This document shows, piece by piece, positions 12,601 to 27,100 of a stretch of 64,000 nucleotides of DNA. The DNA comes from Auanema rhodensis (lineage: Eukaryota; Animalia; Nematoda), in NCBI GenBank assembly GCA_964057225.1, contig OZ059894.1:23870001-23934000 (forward strand). Reading direction: 5' to 3'. A program made the position numbers and the translations under genes. Each line of letters begins with the position of its first letter. Position 1 is the first letter of the stretch. A model generated the notes under the pieces. The model worked only from the letters and a program-made list of their open reading frames with translations, was not told the DNA's origin and searched no databases.

Positions 12601-15600
12601 TTGGTGCATGGTAACCATGACTTTGAAATTTACGTGAACTTTAATTTATGCTAATTAAATGTACACGTGATGTGCACTTGGTATGTAACTCGCTTCACGT
12701 GAAAGATAAAGAGATGCGGTTTTCAAAATTAGATTCCCCATGTCCATATTAGTCTAAAAACAAATTTTTATTGATATTGGTTCATGGTAACCATGACTTT
12801 GAAATTTACGTGAACTTTAATTTATGCTAATTAAATGTACACGTGATGTGCACTTGGTATGTAACTCGCTTCACGTGAAAGATAAAGAGATGCGGTTTTC
12901 AAAATTAGATTCCCCATGTCCATATTAGTCTAAAAACAAATTTTTATTGATATTGGTGCATGGTAACCATGACTTTGAAATTTACGTGAACTTTAATTTA
13001 TGCTAATTAAATGTACACGTGATGTGCACTTGGTATGTAACTCGCTTCACGTGAAAGATGAAGAGATGCGGTTTTCAAAATTAGATTCCCCATGTCCATA
13101 TTAGTCTAAAAACAAATTTTTGTTGATATTGGTTCATGGTAACCATGACTTTGAAATTTACGTGAACTTTAATTTATGCTAATTAAATGTACACGTGATG
13201 TGCACTTGGTATGTAACTCGCTTCACGTGAAAGATAAAGAGATGCGGTTTTCAAAATTAGATCCCCCATGTCCATATTAGTCTAAAAACAAATTTTTATT
13301 GATATTGGTGCATGGTAACCATGACTTTGAAATTTACGTGAACTTTAATTTATGCTAATTAAATGTACACGTGATGTGCACTTGGTATGTAACTCGCTTC
13401 ACGTGAAAGTTAAAGAGATGCGGTTTTCAAAATTAGATTCCCCATGTCCATATTAGTCTAAAAACAAATTTTTATTGATATTGGTGCATGGTAACCATGA
13501 CTTTGAAATTTACGTGTACTTTAATTTATGCTAATTAAATGTACACGTGATGTGCACTTGGTATGTAACTCGCTTCACGTGAAAGATAAAGAGATGCGGT
13601 TTTCAAAATTAGATTCCCCATGTCCATATTAGTCTAAAAACAAATTTTTATTGATATTGGTGCATGGTAACCATGACTTTGAAATTTACGTGAACTTTAA
13701 TTTATGCTAATTAAATGTACACGTGATGTGCACTTGGTATGTAACTCGCTTCACGTGAAAGATAAAGAGATGCGGTTTTCAAAATTAGATTCCCCATGTC
13801 CATATTAGTCTAAAAACAAATTTTTATTGATATTGGTTCATGGTAACCATGACTTTGAAATTTACGTGAACTTTAATTTATGCTAATTAAATGTACACGT
13901 GATGTGCACTTGGTATGTAACTCGCTTCACGTGAAAGATAAAGAGATGCGGTTTTCAAAATTAGATTCCCCATGTCCATATTAGTCTAAAAACAAATTTT
14001 TATTGATATTGCTTCATGGTAACCATGACTTTGAAATTTACGTGAACTTTAATTTATGCTAATTAAATGTACACGTGATGTGCACTTGGTATGTAACTCG
14101 CTTCACGTGAAAGATAAAGAGATGCGGTTTTCAAAATTAGATTCCCCATGTCCATATTAGTCTAAAAACAAATTTTTATTGATATTGGTGCATGGTAACC
14201 ATGACTTTGAAATTTACGTGAACTTTAATTTATGCTAATTAAATGTACACGTGATGTGCACTCGGTATGTAACTCGCTTCACGTGAAAGATAAAGTGATG
14301 CGGTTTTCAAAATTAGATTCCTCATGTCCATATTAGTCTAAAAACAAATTTTTATTGATATTGGTGCATGGTAACCATGACTTTGAAATTTACGTGAACT
14401 TTAATTTATGCTAATTAAATGTACACGTGATGTGCACTTGGTATGTAACTCGCTTCACGTGAAAGATAAAGAGATACGGTTTTCAAAATTAGATTCCCCA
14501 TGTCCATATTAGTCTAAAAACAAATTTTTATTGATATTGGTGCATGGTAACCATGACTTTGAAATTTACGTGAACTTTAATTTATGCTAATTAAATGTAC
14601 ACGTTATGTGCACTTGGTATGTAACTCGCTTCACGTGAAAGATAAAGAGATGCGGTTTTCAAAATTAGATTCCCCATGTCCATATTAGTCTAAAAACAAA
14701 TTTTTATTGATATTGGTGCATGGTAACCATGACTTTGAAATTTACGTGAACTTTAATTTATGCTAATTAAATGTACACGTGATGTGCACTCGGTATGTAA
14801 CTCGCTTCACGTGAAAGATAAAGTGATGCGGTTTTCAAAATTAGATTCCTCATGTCCATATTAGTCTAAAAACAAATTTTTATTGATATTGGTGCATGGT
14901 AACCATGACTTTGAAATTTACGTGAACTTTAATTTATGCTAATTAAATGTACACGTGATGTGCACTTGGTATGTAACTCGCTTCACGTGAAAGATAAAGA
15001 GATGCGGTTTTCAAAATTAGATTCCCCATGTCCATATTAGTCTAAAAACAAATTTTTATTGATATTGGTGCATGGTAACCATGACTTTGAAATTTACGTG
15101 TACTTTAATTTATGCTAATTAAATGTACACTTGATGTGCACTTGGTATGTAACTCGCTTCACGTGAAAGATAAAGAGATGCGGTTTTCAAAATTAGATTC
15201 CCCATGTCCATATTAGTCTAAAAACAAATTTTTATTGATATTGGTGCATGGTAACCATGACTTTGAAATTTACGTGAACTTTAATTTATGCTAATTAAAT
15301 GTACACGTGATGTGCACTTGGTATGTAACTCGCTTCACGTGAAAGATAAAGAGATGCGGTTTTCAAAATTAGATCCCCCATGTCCATATTAGTCTAAAAA
15401 CAAATTTTTATTGATATTGGTGCATGGTAACCATGACTTTGAAATTTACGTGAACTTTAATTTATGCTAATTAAATGTACACGTGATGTGCACTTGGTAT
15501 GTAACTCGCTTCACGTGAAAGATAAAGAGATACGGTTTTCAAAATTAGATTCCCCATGTCCATATTAGTCTAAAAACAAATTTTTATTGATATTGGTGCA

Positions 15601-18600
15601 TGGTAACCATGACTTTGAAATTTACGTGAACTTTAATTTATGCTAATTAAATGTACACGTGATGTGCACTTGGTATGTAACTCGCTTCACGTGAAAGATA
15701 AAGAGATGCGGTTTTCAAAATTAGATCCCCCATGTCCATATTAGTCTAAAAACAAATTTTTATTGATATTGGTGCATGGTAACCATGACTTTGAAATTTA
15801 TGTGAACTTTAATTTATGCTAATTAAATGTACACGTGATGTGCACTGGGTATGTAACTCGCTTCACGTGAAAGATAAAGAGATGCGGTTTTCAAAATTAG
15901 ATTCCCCATGTCCATATTAGTCTAAAAACAAATTTTTATTGATATTGGTTCATGGTAACCATGACTTTGAAATTTACGTGAACTTTAATTTATGCTAATT
16001 AAATGTACACGTGATGTGCACTTGGTATGTAACTCGCTTCACGTGAAAGATAAAGAGATGCGGTTTTCAAAATTAGATTCCCCATGTCCATATTAGTCTA
16101 AAAACAAATTTTCATTGATATTGCTTCATGGTAACCATGACTTTGAAATTTACGTGAACTTTAATTTATGCTAATTAAATGTACACGTGATGTGCACTTG
16201 GTATGTAACTCGCTTCACGTGAAAGATAAAGAGATGCGGTTTTCAAAATTAGATTCCCCATGTCCATATTAGTCTAAAAACAAATTTTTATTGATATTGG
16301 TGCATGGTAACCATGACTTTGAAATTTACGTGAACTTTAATTTATGCTAATTAAATGTACACGTGATGTGCACTTGGTATGTAACTCGCTTCACGTGAAA
16401 GATAAAGAGATGCGGTTTTCAAAATTAGATTCCCCATGTCCATATTAGTCTAAAAACAAATTTTTATTGATATTGGTGCATGGTAACCATGACTTTGAAA
16501 TTTACGTGAACTTTAATTTATGCTAATTAAATGTACACGTGATGTGCACTTGGTATGTAACTCGCTTCACGTGAAAGATAAAGAGATGCGGTTTTCAAAA
16601 TTAGATTCCCCATGTCCATATTAGTCTAAAAACAAATTTTTATTGATATTGGTGCATGGTAACCATGACTTTGAAATTTACGTGAACTTTAATTTATGCT
16701 AATTAAATGTACACGTGATGTGCACTTGGTATGTAACTCGCTTCACGTGAAAGATAAAGAGATGCGGTTTTCAAAATTAGATTCCCCATGTCCATATTAG
16801 TCTAAAAACAAATTTTTATTGATATTGGTGCATGGTAACCATGACTTTGAAATTTACGTGTACTTTAATTTATGCTAATTAAATGTACACTTGATGTGCA
16901 CTTGGTATGTAACTCGCTTCACGTGAAAGATAAAGAGATGCGGTTTTCAAAATTAGATTCCCCATGTCCATATTAGTCTAAAAACAAATTTTTATTGATA
17001 TTGGTGCATGGTAACCATGACTTTGAAATTTACGTGAACTTTAATTTATGCTAATTAAATGTACACGTGATGTGCACTTGGTATGTAACTCGCTTCACGT
17101 GAAAGATAAAGAGATGCGGTTTTCAAAATTAGATCCCCCATGTCCATATTAGTCTAAAAACAAATTTTTATTGATATTGGTGCATGGTAACCATGACTTT
17201 GAAATTTACGTGAACTTTAATTTATGCTAATTAAATGTACACGTGATGTGCACTTGGTATGTAACTCGCTTCACGTGAAAGATAAAGAGATACGGTTTTC
17301 AAAATTAGATTCCCCATGTCCATATTAGTCTAAAAACAAATTTTTATTGATATTGGTGCATGGTAACCATGACTTTGAAATTTACGTGAACTTTAATTTA
17401 TGCTAATTAAATGTACACGTGATGTGCACTTGGTATGTAACTCGCTTCACGTGAAAGATAAAGAGATGCGGTTTTCAAAATTAGATCCCCCATGTCCATA
17501 TTAGTCTAAAAACAAATTTTTATTGATATTGGTGCATGGTAACCATGACTTTGAAATTTATGTGAACTTTAATTTATGCTAATTAAATGTACACGTGATG
17601 TGCACTTGGTATGTAACTCGCTTCACGTGAAAGATAAAGAGATGCGGTTTTCAAAATTAGATTCCCCATGTCCATATTAGTCTAAAAACAAATTTTTATT
17701 GATATTGGTTCATGGTAACCATGACTTTGAAATTTACGTGAACTTTAATTTATGCTAATTAAATGTACACGTGATGTGCACTTAGTATGTAACTCGCTTC
17801 ACGTGAAAGATAAAGAGATGCGGTTTTCAAAATTAGATTCCCCATGTCCATATTAGTCTAAAAACAAATTTTTATTGATATTGCTTCATGGTAACCATGA
17901 CTTTGAAATTTACGTGAACTTTAATTTATGCTAATTAAATGTACACGTGATGTGCACTTGGTATGTAACTCGCTTCACGTGAAAGATAAAGAGATGCGGT
18001 TTTCAAAATTAGATTCCCCATGTCCATATTAGTCTAAAAACAAATTTTTATTGATATTGGTGCATGGTAACCATGACTTTGAAATTTACGTGAACTTTAA
18101 TTTATGCTAATTAAATGTACACGTGATGTGCACTCGGTATGTAACTCGCTTCACGTGAAAGATAAAGTGATGCGGTTTTCAAAATTAGATTCCTCATGTC
18201 CATATTAGTCTAAAAACAAATTTTTATTGATATTGGTGCATGGTAACCATGACTTTGAAATTTACGTGAACTTTAATTTATGCTAATTAAATGTACACGT
18301 GATGTGCACTTGGTATGTAACTCGCTTCACGTGAAAGATAAAGAGATGCGGTTTTCAAAATTAGATTCCCCATGTCCATATTAGTCTAAAAACAAATTTT
18401 TATTGATATTGGTGCATGGTAACCATGACTTTGAAATTTACGTGAACTTTAATTTATGCTAATTAAATGTACACGTGATGTGCACTTGGTATGTAACTCG
18501 CTTCACGTGAAAGATAAAGAGATGCGGTTTTCAAAATTAGATTCCCCATGTCCATATTAGTCTAAAAACAAATTTTTATTGATATTGGTGCATGGTAACC

Positions 18601-21600
18601 ATGACTTTGAAATTTACGTGAACTTTAATTTATGCTAATTAAATGTACACGTGATGTGCACTTGGTATGTAACTCGCTTCACGTGAAAGATGAAGAGATG
18701 CGGTTTTCAAAATTAGATTCCCCATGTCCATATTAGTCTAAAAACAAATTTTTGTTGATATTGGTTCATGGTAACCATGACTTTGAAATTTACGTGAACT
18801 TTAATTTATGCTAATTAAATGTACACGTGATGTGCACTTGGTATGTAACTCGCTTCACGTGAAAGATAAAGAGATGCGGTTTTCAAAATTAGATCCCCCA
18901 TGTCCATATTAGTCTAAAAACAAATTTTTATTGATATTGGTGCATGGTAACCATGACTTTGAAATTTACGTGAACTTTAATTTATGCTAATTAAATGTAC
19001 ACGTGATGTGCACTTGGTATGTAACTCGCTTCACGTGAAAGTTAAAGAGATGCGGTTTTCAAAATTAGATTCCCCATGTCCATATTAGTCTAAAAACAAA
19101 TTTTTATTGATATTGGTGCATGGTAACCATGACTTTGAAATTTACGTGTACTTTAATTTATGCTAATTAAATGTACACTTGATGTGCACTTGGTATGTAA
19201 CTCGCTTCACGTGAAAGATAAAGAGATGCGGTTTTCAAAATTAGATTCCCCATGTCCATATTAGTCTAAAAACAAATTTTTATTGATATTGGTGCATGGT
19301 AACCATGACTTTGAAATTTACGTGAACTTTAATTTATGCTAATTAAATGTACACGTGATGTGCACTTGGTATGTAACTCGCTTCACGTGAAAGATAAAGA
19401 GATGCGGTTTTCAAAATTAGATTCCCCATGTCCATATTAGTCTAAAAACAAATTTTTATTGATATTGGTTCATGGTAACCATGACTTTGAAATTTACGTG
19501 AACTTTAATTTATGCTAATTAAATGTACACGTGATGTGCACTTGGTATGTAACTCGCTTCACGTGAAAGATAAAGAGATGCGGTTTTCAAAATTAGATTC
19601 CCCATGTCCATATTAGTCTAAAAACAAATTTTTATTGATATTGCTTCATGGTAACCATGACTTTGAAATTTACGTGAACTTTAATTTATGCTAATTAAAT
19701 GTACACGTGATGTGCACTTGGTATGTAACTCGCTTCACGTGAAAGATAAAGAGATGCGGTTTTCAAAATTAGATTCCCCATGTCCATATTAGTCTAAAAA
19801 CAAATTTTTATTGATATTGGTGCATGGTAACCATGACTTTGAAATTTACGTGAACTTTAATTTATGCTAATTAAATGTACACGTGATGTGCACTTGGTAT
19901 GTAACTCGCTTCACGTGAAAGATAAAGAGATGCGGTTTTCAAAATTAGATTCCCCATGTCCATATTAGTCTAAAAACAAATTTTTATTGATATTGGTGCA
20001 TGGTAACCATGACTTTGAAATTTACGTGAACTTTAATTTATGCTAATTAAATGTACACGTGATGTGCACTTGGTATGTAACTCGCTTCACGTGAAAGATA
20101 AAGAGATGCGGTTTTCAAAATTAGATTCCCCATGTCCATATTAGTCTAAAAACAAATTTTTATTGATATTGGTTCATGGTAACCATGACTTTGAAATTTA
20201 CGTGAACTTTAATTTATGCTAATTAAATGTACACGTGATGTGCACTTGGTATGTAACTCGCTTCACGTGAAAGATAAAGAGATGCGGTTTTCAAAATTAG
20301 ATTCCCCATGTCCATATTAGTCTAAAAACAAATTTTTATTGATATTGCTTCATGGTAACCATGACTTTGAAATTTACGTGAACTTTAATTTATGCTAATT
20401 AAATGTACACGTGATGTGCACTTGGTATGTAACTCGCTTCACGTGAAAGATAAAGAGATGCGGTTTTCAAAATTAGATTCCCCATGTCCATATTAGTCTA
20501 AAAACAAATTTTTATTGATATTGGTGCATGGTAACCATGACTTTGAAATTTACGTGAACTTTAATTTATGCTAATTAAATGTACACGTGATGTGCACTCG
20601 GTATGTAACTCGCTTCACGTGAAAGATAAAGTGATGCGGTTTTCAAAATTAGATTCCTCATGTCCATATTAGTCTAAAAACAAATTTTTATTGATATTGG
20701 TGCATGGTAACCATGACTTTGAAATTTACGTGAACTTTAATTTATGCTAATTAAATGTACACGTGATGTGCACTTGGTATGTAACTCGCTTCACGTGAAA
20801 GATAAAGAGATACGGTTTTCAAAATTAGATTCCCCATGTCCATATTAGTCTAAAAACAAATTTTTATTGATATTGGTGCATGGTAACCATGACTTTGAAA
20901 TTTACGTGAACTTTAATTTATGCTAATTAAATGTACACGTGATGTGCACTTGGTATGTAACTCGCTTCACGTGAAAGATGAAGAGATGCGGTTTTCAAAA
21001 TTAGATTCCCCATGTCCATATTAGTCTAAAAACAAATTTTTGTTGATATTGGTGCATGGTAACCATGACTTTGAAATTTACGTGAACTTTAATTTATGCT
21101 AATTAAATGTACACGTGATGTGCACTTGGTATGTAACTCGCTTCACGTGAAAGATAAAGAGATGCGGTTTTCAAAATTAGATCCCCCATGTCCATATTAG
21201 TCTAAAAACAAATTTTTATTGATATTGGTGCATGGTAACCATGACTTTGAAATTTACGTGAACTTTAATTTATGCTAATTAAATGTACACGTGATGTGCA
21301 CTTGGTATGTAACTCGCTTCACGTGAAAGATAAAGAGATACGGTTTTCAAAATTAGATTCCCCATGTCCATATTAGTCTAAAAACAAATTTTTATTGATA
21401 TTGGTGCATGGTAACCATGACTTTGAAATTTACGTGAACTTTAATTTATGCTAATTAAATGTACACGTGATGTGCACTTGGTATGTAACTCGCTTCACGT
21501 GAAAGATAAAGAGATGCGGTTTTCAAAATTAGATTCCCCATGTCCATATTAGTCTAAAAACAAATTTTTATTGATATTGGTGCATGGTAACCATGACTTT

Positions 21601-24113
21601 GAAATTTACGTGAACTTTAATTTATGCTAATTAAATGTACACGTGATGTGCACTTGGTATGTAACTCGCTTCACGTGAAAGATGAAGAGATGCGGTTTTC
21701 AAAATTAGATTCCCCATGTCCATATTAGTCTAAAAACAAATTTTTATTGATATTGGTTCATGGTAACCATGACTTTGAAATTTACGTGAACTTTAATTTA
21801 TGCTAATTAAATGTACACGTGATGTGCACTTGGTATGTAACTCGCTTCACGTGAAAGATAAAGAGATGCGGTTTTCAAAATTAGATTCCCCATGTCCATA
21901 TTAGTCTAAAAACAAATTTTTATTGATATTGGTGCATGGTAACCATGACTTTGAAATTTACGTGAACTTTAATTTATGCTAATTAAATGTACACGTGATG
22001 TGCACTTGGTATGTAACTCGCTTCACGTGAAAGATGAAGAGATGCGGTTTTCAAAATTAGATTCCCCATGTCCATATTAGTCTAAAAACAAATTTTTATT
22101 GATATTGGTTCATGGTAACCATGACTTTGAAATTTACGTGAACTTTAATTTATGCTAATTAAATGTACACGTGATGTGCACTTGGTATGTAACTCGCTTC
22201 ACGTGAAAGATAAAGAGATGCGGTTTTCAAAATTAGATTCCCCATGTCCATATTAGTCTAAAAACAAATTTTTATTGATATTGGTGCATGGTAACCATGA
22301 CTTTGAAATTTACGTGAACTTTAATTTATGCTAATTAAATGTACACGTGATGTGCACTCGGTATGTAACTCGCTTCACGTGAAAGATAAAGTGATGCGGT
22401 TTTCAAAATTAGATTCCTCATGTCCATATTAGTCTAAAAACAAATTTTTATTGATATTGGTGCATGGTAACCATGACTTTGAAATTTACGTGAACTTTAA
22501 TTTATGCTAATTAAATGTACACGTGATGTGCACTTGGTATGTAACTCGCTTCACGTGAAAGATAAAGAGATACGGTTTTCAAAATTAGATTCCCCATGTC
22601 CATATTAGTCTAAAAACAAATTTTTATTGATATTGGTGCATGGTAACCATGACTTTGAAATTTACGTGAACTTTAATTTATGCTAATTAAATGTACACGT
22701 GATGTGCACTTGGTATGTAACTCGCTTCACGTGAAAGATAAAGAGATGCGGTTTTCAAAATTAGATTCCCCATGTCCATATTAGTCTAAAAACAAATTTT
22801 TATTGATATTGGTGCATGGTAACCATGACTTTGAAATTTACGTGAACTTTAATTTATGCTAATTAAATGTACACGTGATGTGCACTTGGTATGTAACTCG
22901 CTTCACGTGAAAGATGAAGAGATGCGGTTTTCAAAATTAGATTCCCCATGTCCATATTAGTCTAAAAACAAATTTTTATTGATATTGGTTCATGGTAACC
23001 ATGACTTTGAAATTTACGTGAACTTTAATTTATGCTAATTAAATGTACACGTGATGTGCACTTGGTATGTAACTCGCTTCACGTGAAAGATAAAGAGATG
23101 CGGTTTTCAAAATTAGATTCCCCATGTCCATATTAGTCTAAAAACAAATTTTTATTGATATTGGTGCATGGTAACCATGACTTTGAAATTTACGTGAACT
23201 TTAATTTATGCTAATTAAATGTACACGTGATGTGCACTTGGTATGTAACTCGCTTCACGTGAAAGTTAAAGAGATGCGGTTTTCAAAATTAGATTCCCCA
23301 TGTCCATATTAGTCTAAAAACAAATTTTTATTGATATTGGTGCATGGTAACCATGACTTTGAAATTTACGTGTACTTTAATTTATGCTAATTAAATGTAC
23401 ACTTGATGTGCACTTGGTATGTAACTCGCTTCACGTGAAAGATAAAGAGATGCGGTTTTCAAAATTAGATTCCCCATGTCCATATTAGTCTAAAAACAAA
23501 TTTTTATTGATATTGGTGCATGGTAACCATGACTTTGAAATTTACGTGAACTTTAATTTATGCTAATTAAATGTACACGTGATGTGCACTTGGTATGTAA
23601 CTCGCTTCACGTGAAAGATAAAGAGATGCGGTTTTCAAAATTAGATTCCCCATGTCCATATTAGTCTAAAAACAAATTTTTATTGATATTGGTTCATGGT
23701 AACCATGACTTTGAAATTTACGTGAACTTTAATTTATGCTAATTAAATGTACACGTGATGTGCACTTGGTATGTAACTCGCTTCACGTGAAAGATAAAGA
23801 GATGCGGTTTTCAAAATTAGATTCCCCATGTCCATATTAGTCTAAAAACAAATTTTTATTGATATTGCTTCATGGTAACCATGACTTTGAAATTTACGTG
23901 AACTTTAATTTATGCTAATTAAATGTACACGTGATGTGCACTTGGTATGTAACTCGCTTCACGTGAAAGATAAAGAGATGCGGTTTTCAAAATTAGATTC
24001 CCCATGTCCATATTAGTCTAAAAACAAATTTTTATTGATATTGGTGCATGGTAACCATGACTTTGAAATTTACGTGAACTTTAATTTATGCTAATTAAAT
24101 GTACACGTGATGT
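9680..24113. repeat. Imperfect 10-monomer (1760-bp) higher-order repeat
   Basis: The same ordered series of variant monomers occurs at 9680-11440, 12498-14257, 18130-19889 and 22354-24113. Confidence 0.8.
11400..13513. repeat. Tandem duplication of a 6-monomer block marked by a shared ACGTGAA>ACGGGGAA change
   Basis: The same +1 change occurs at ~11401 and ~12458 (offset 6x176+1). Each is followed by a similar variant series: triple haplotype, then A35G+A97G+G109T, T62C and A33T. Confidence 0.8.
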
Positions 24114-27100
24114 GCACTCGGTATGTAACTCGCTTCACGTGAAAGATAAAGTGATGCGGTTTTCAAAATTAGATTCCTCATGTCCATATTAGTCTAAAAA
24201 CAAATTTTTATTGATATTGGTGCATGGTAACCATGACTTTGAAATTTACGTGAACTTTAATTTATGCTAATTAAATGTACACGTGATGTGCACTTGGTAT
24301 GTAACTCGCTTCACGTGAAAGATAAAGAGATGCGGTTTTCAAAATTAGTTTCCCCATGTCCATATTAGTCTAAAAACAAATTTTTATTGATATTGGTTCA
24401 TGGTAACCATGACTTTGAAATTTACGTGAACTTTAATTTATGCTAATTAAATGTACACGTGATGTGCACTTGGTATGTAACTCGCTTCACGTGAAAGATA
24501 AAGAGATGCGGTTTTCAAAATTAGATTCCCCATGTCCATATTAGTCTAAAAACAAATTTTTATTGATATTGGTGCATGGTAACCATGACTTTGAAATTTA
24601 CGTGAACTTTAATTTATGCTAATTAAATGTACACGTGATGTGCACTTGGTATGTAACTCGCTTCACGTGAAAGATAAAGAGATGCGGTTTTTAAAATTAG
24701 ATTCCCCATGTCCATATTAGTCTAAAAACAAATTTTTATTGATATTGGTGCATGGTAACCATGACTTTGAAATTTACGTGAACTTTAATTTATGCTAATT
24801 AAATGTACACGTGATGTGCACTTGGTATGTAACTCGCTTCACGTGAAAGATAAAGAGATGCGGTTTTCAAAATTAGATTCCTCATGTCCATATTAGTCTA
24901 AAAACAAATTTTTATTGATATTGGTGCATGGTAACCATGACTTTGAAATTTACGTGAACTTTAATTTATGCTAATTAAATGTACACGTGATGTGCACTTG
25001 GTATGTAACTCGCTTCACGTGAAAGATAAAGAGATGCGGTTTTCAAAATTAGATTCTTCATGTCCATATTAGTCTAAAAACAAATTTTTATTGATATTGG
25101 TTCATGGTAACCATGACTTTGAAATTTACGTGAACTTTAATTTATGCTAATTAAATGTACACGTGATGTGCACTTGGTATGTAACTCGCTTCACGTGAAA
25201 GATAAAGAGATGCGGTTTTCAAAATTAGATTCCCCATGTCCATATTAGTCTAAAAACAAATTTTTATTGATATTGGTTCATGGTAACCATGACTTTGAAA
25301 TTTACGTGAACTTCAATTTATGCTAATTAAATGTACACGTGATGTGCACTTGGTATGTAACTCGCTTCACGTGAAAGATAAAGAGATGCGGTTTTCAAAA
25401 TTAGATTCCCCATGTCCATATTAGTCTAAAAACAAGTTTTTATTGATATTGGTTCATGGTAACCATGACTTTGAAATTTACGTGAACTTTAATTTATGCT
25501 AATTAAATGTACACGTGATGTGCACTTGGTATGTAACTCGCTTCACGTGAAAGATAAAGAGATGCGGTTTTCAAAATTAGATTCCCCATGTCCATATTAT
25601 TCTAAAAACAAATTTTTATTGATATTGGTTCATGGTAACCATGACTTTGAAATTTACGTGAACTTCAATTTATGCTAATTAAATGTACACGTGATGTGCA
25701 CTTGGTATGTAACTCGCTTCACGTGAAAGATAAAGAGATGCGGTTTTCAATATTAGATTCCCCATGTCCATATTAGGCTAAAAACAAATTTTTATTGATA
25801 TTGGTTCATGGTAACCATGACTTTGAAATTTACGTGAACTTCAATTTATGCTAATTAAATGTACACGTGATGTGCACTTGGTATGTAACTCGCTTCACGT
25901 GAAAGATAAAGAGATGCGGTTTCCAAAATTAGATTCCCCATGTCCATATTAGTCTAAAAACAAATTTTTATTGATATTGGTTCATGGTAACCATGACTTT
26001 GAAATTTACGTGAACTTTAATTTATGCTAATTAAATGTACACGTGATGTGCACTTGGTATGTAACTCGCTTCACGTGAAAGATAAAGAGATGCGGTTTTC
26101 AAAATTAGATTCCCCATGTCCATATTAGTCTAAAAACAAATTTTTATTGATATTGGTGCATGGTAACCATGACTTTGAAATTTACGTGAACTTTAATTTA
26201 TGCTAATTAAATGTACACGTGATGTGCACTTGGTATGTAACTCGCTTCACGTGAAAGATGAAGAGATGCGGTTTTCAAAATTAGATTCCCCATGTCCATA
26301 TTAGTCTAAAAACAAATTTTTATTGATATTGGTTCATGGTAACCATGACTTTGAAATTTACGTGAACTTTAATTTATGCTAATTAAATGTACACGTGATG
26401 TGCACTTGGTATGTAACTCGCTTCACGTGAAAGATAAAGAAATGCGGTTTTCAAAATTAGATTCCCCATGTCCATATTAGTCTAAAAACAAATTTTTATT
26501 GATATTGGTGCATGGTAACCATGACTTTGAAATTTACGTGAACTTTAATTTATGCTAATTAAATGTACACGTGATGTGCACTTGGTATGTAACTCGCTTC
26601 ACGTGAAAGATAAAGAGATGCGGTTTTCAAAATTAGATTCCCCATGTCCATATTAGTCTAAAAACAAATTTTTATTGATATTGGTGCATGGTAACCATGA
26701 CTTTGAAATTTACGTGAACTTTAATTTATGCTAATTAAATGTACACGTGATGTGCACTTGGTATGTAACTCGCTTCACGTGAAAGATAAAGAGATGCGGT
26801 TTTCAAAATTAGATCCCCCATGTCCATATTAGTCTAAAAACAAATTTTTATTGATATTGGTGCATGGTAACCATGACTTTGAAATTTACGTGAACTTTAA
26901 TTTATGCTAATTAAATGTACACGTGATGTGCACTTGGTATGTAACTCGCTTCACGTGAAAGATAAAGAGATGCGGTTTTCAAAATTAGATTCCCCATGTC
27001 CATATTAGTCTAAAAACAAATTTTTATTGATATTGGTTCATGGTAACCATGACTTTGAAATTTACGTGAACTTTAATTTATGCTAATTAAATGTACACGT

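Larger units (their letters stand above)
1..24289. repeat. Left haplotype domain of the satellite
   Basis: Recurrent variants essentially confined to this part: linked T6C+A39T+C65T, G43A, A33T, linked A140T+G170T, G107C+G109T, and A97G. Confidence 0.85.
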
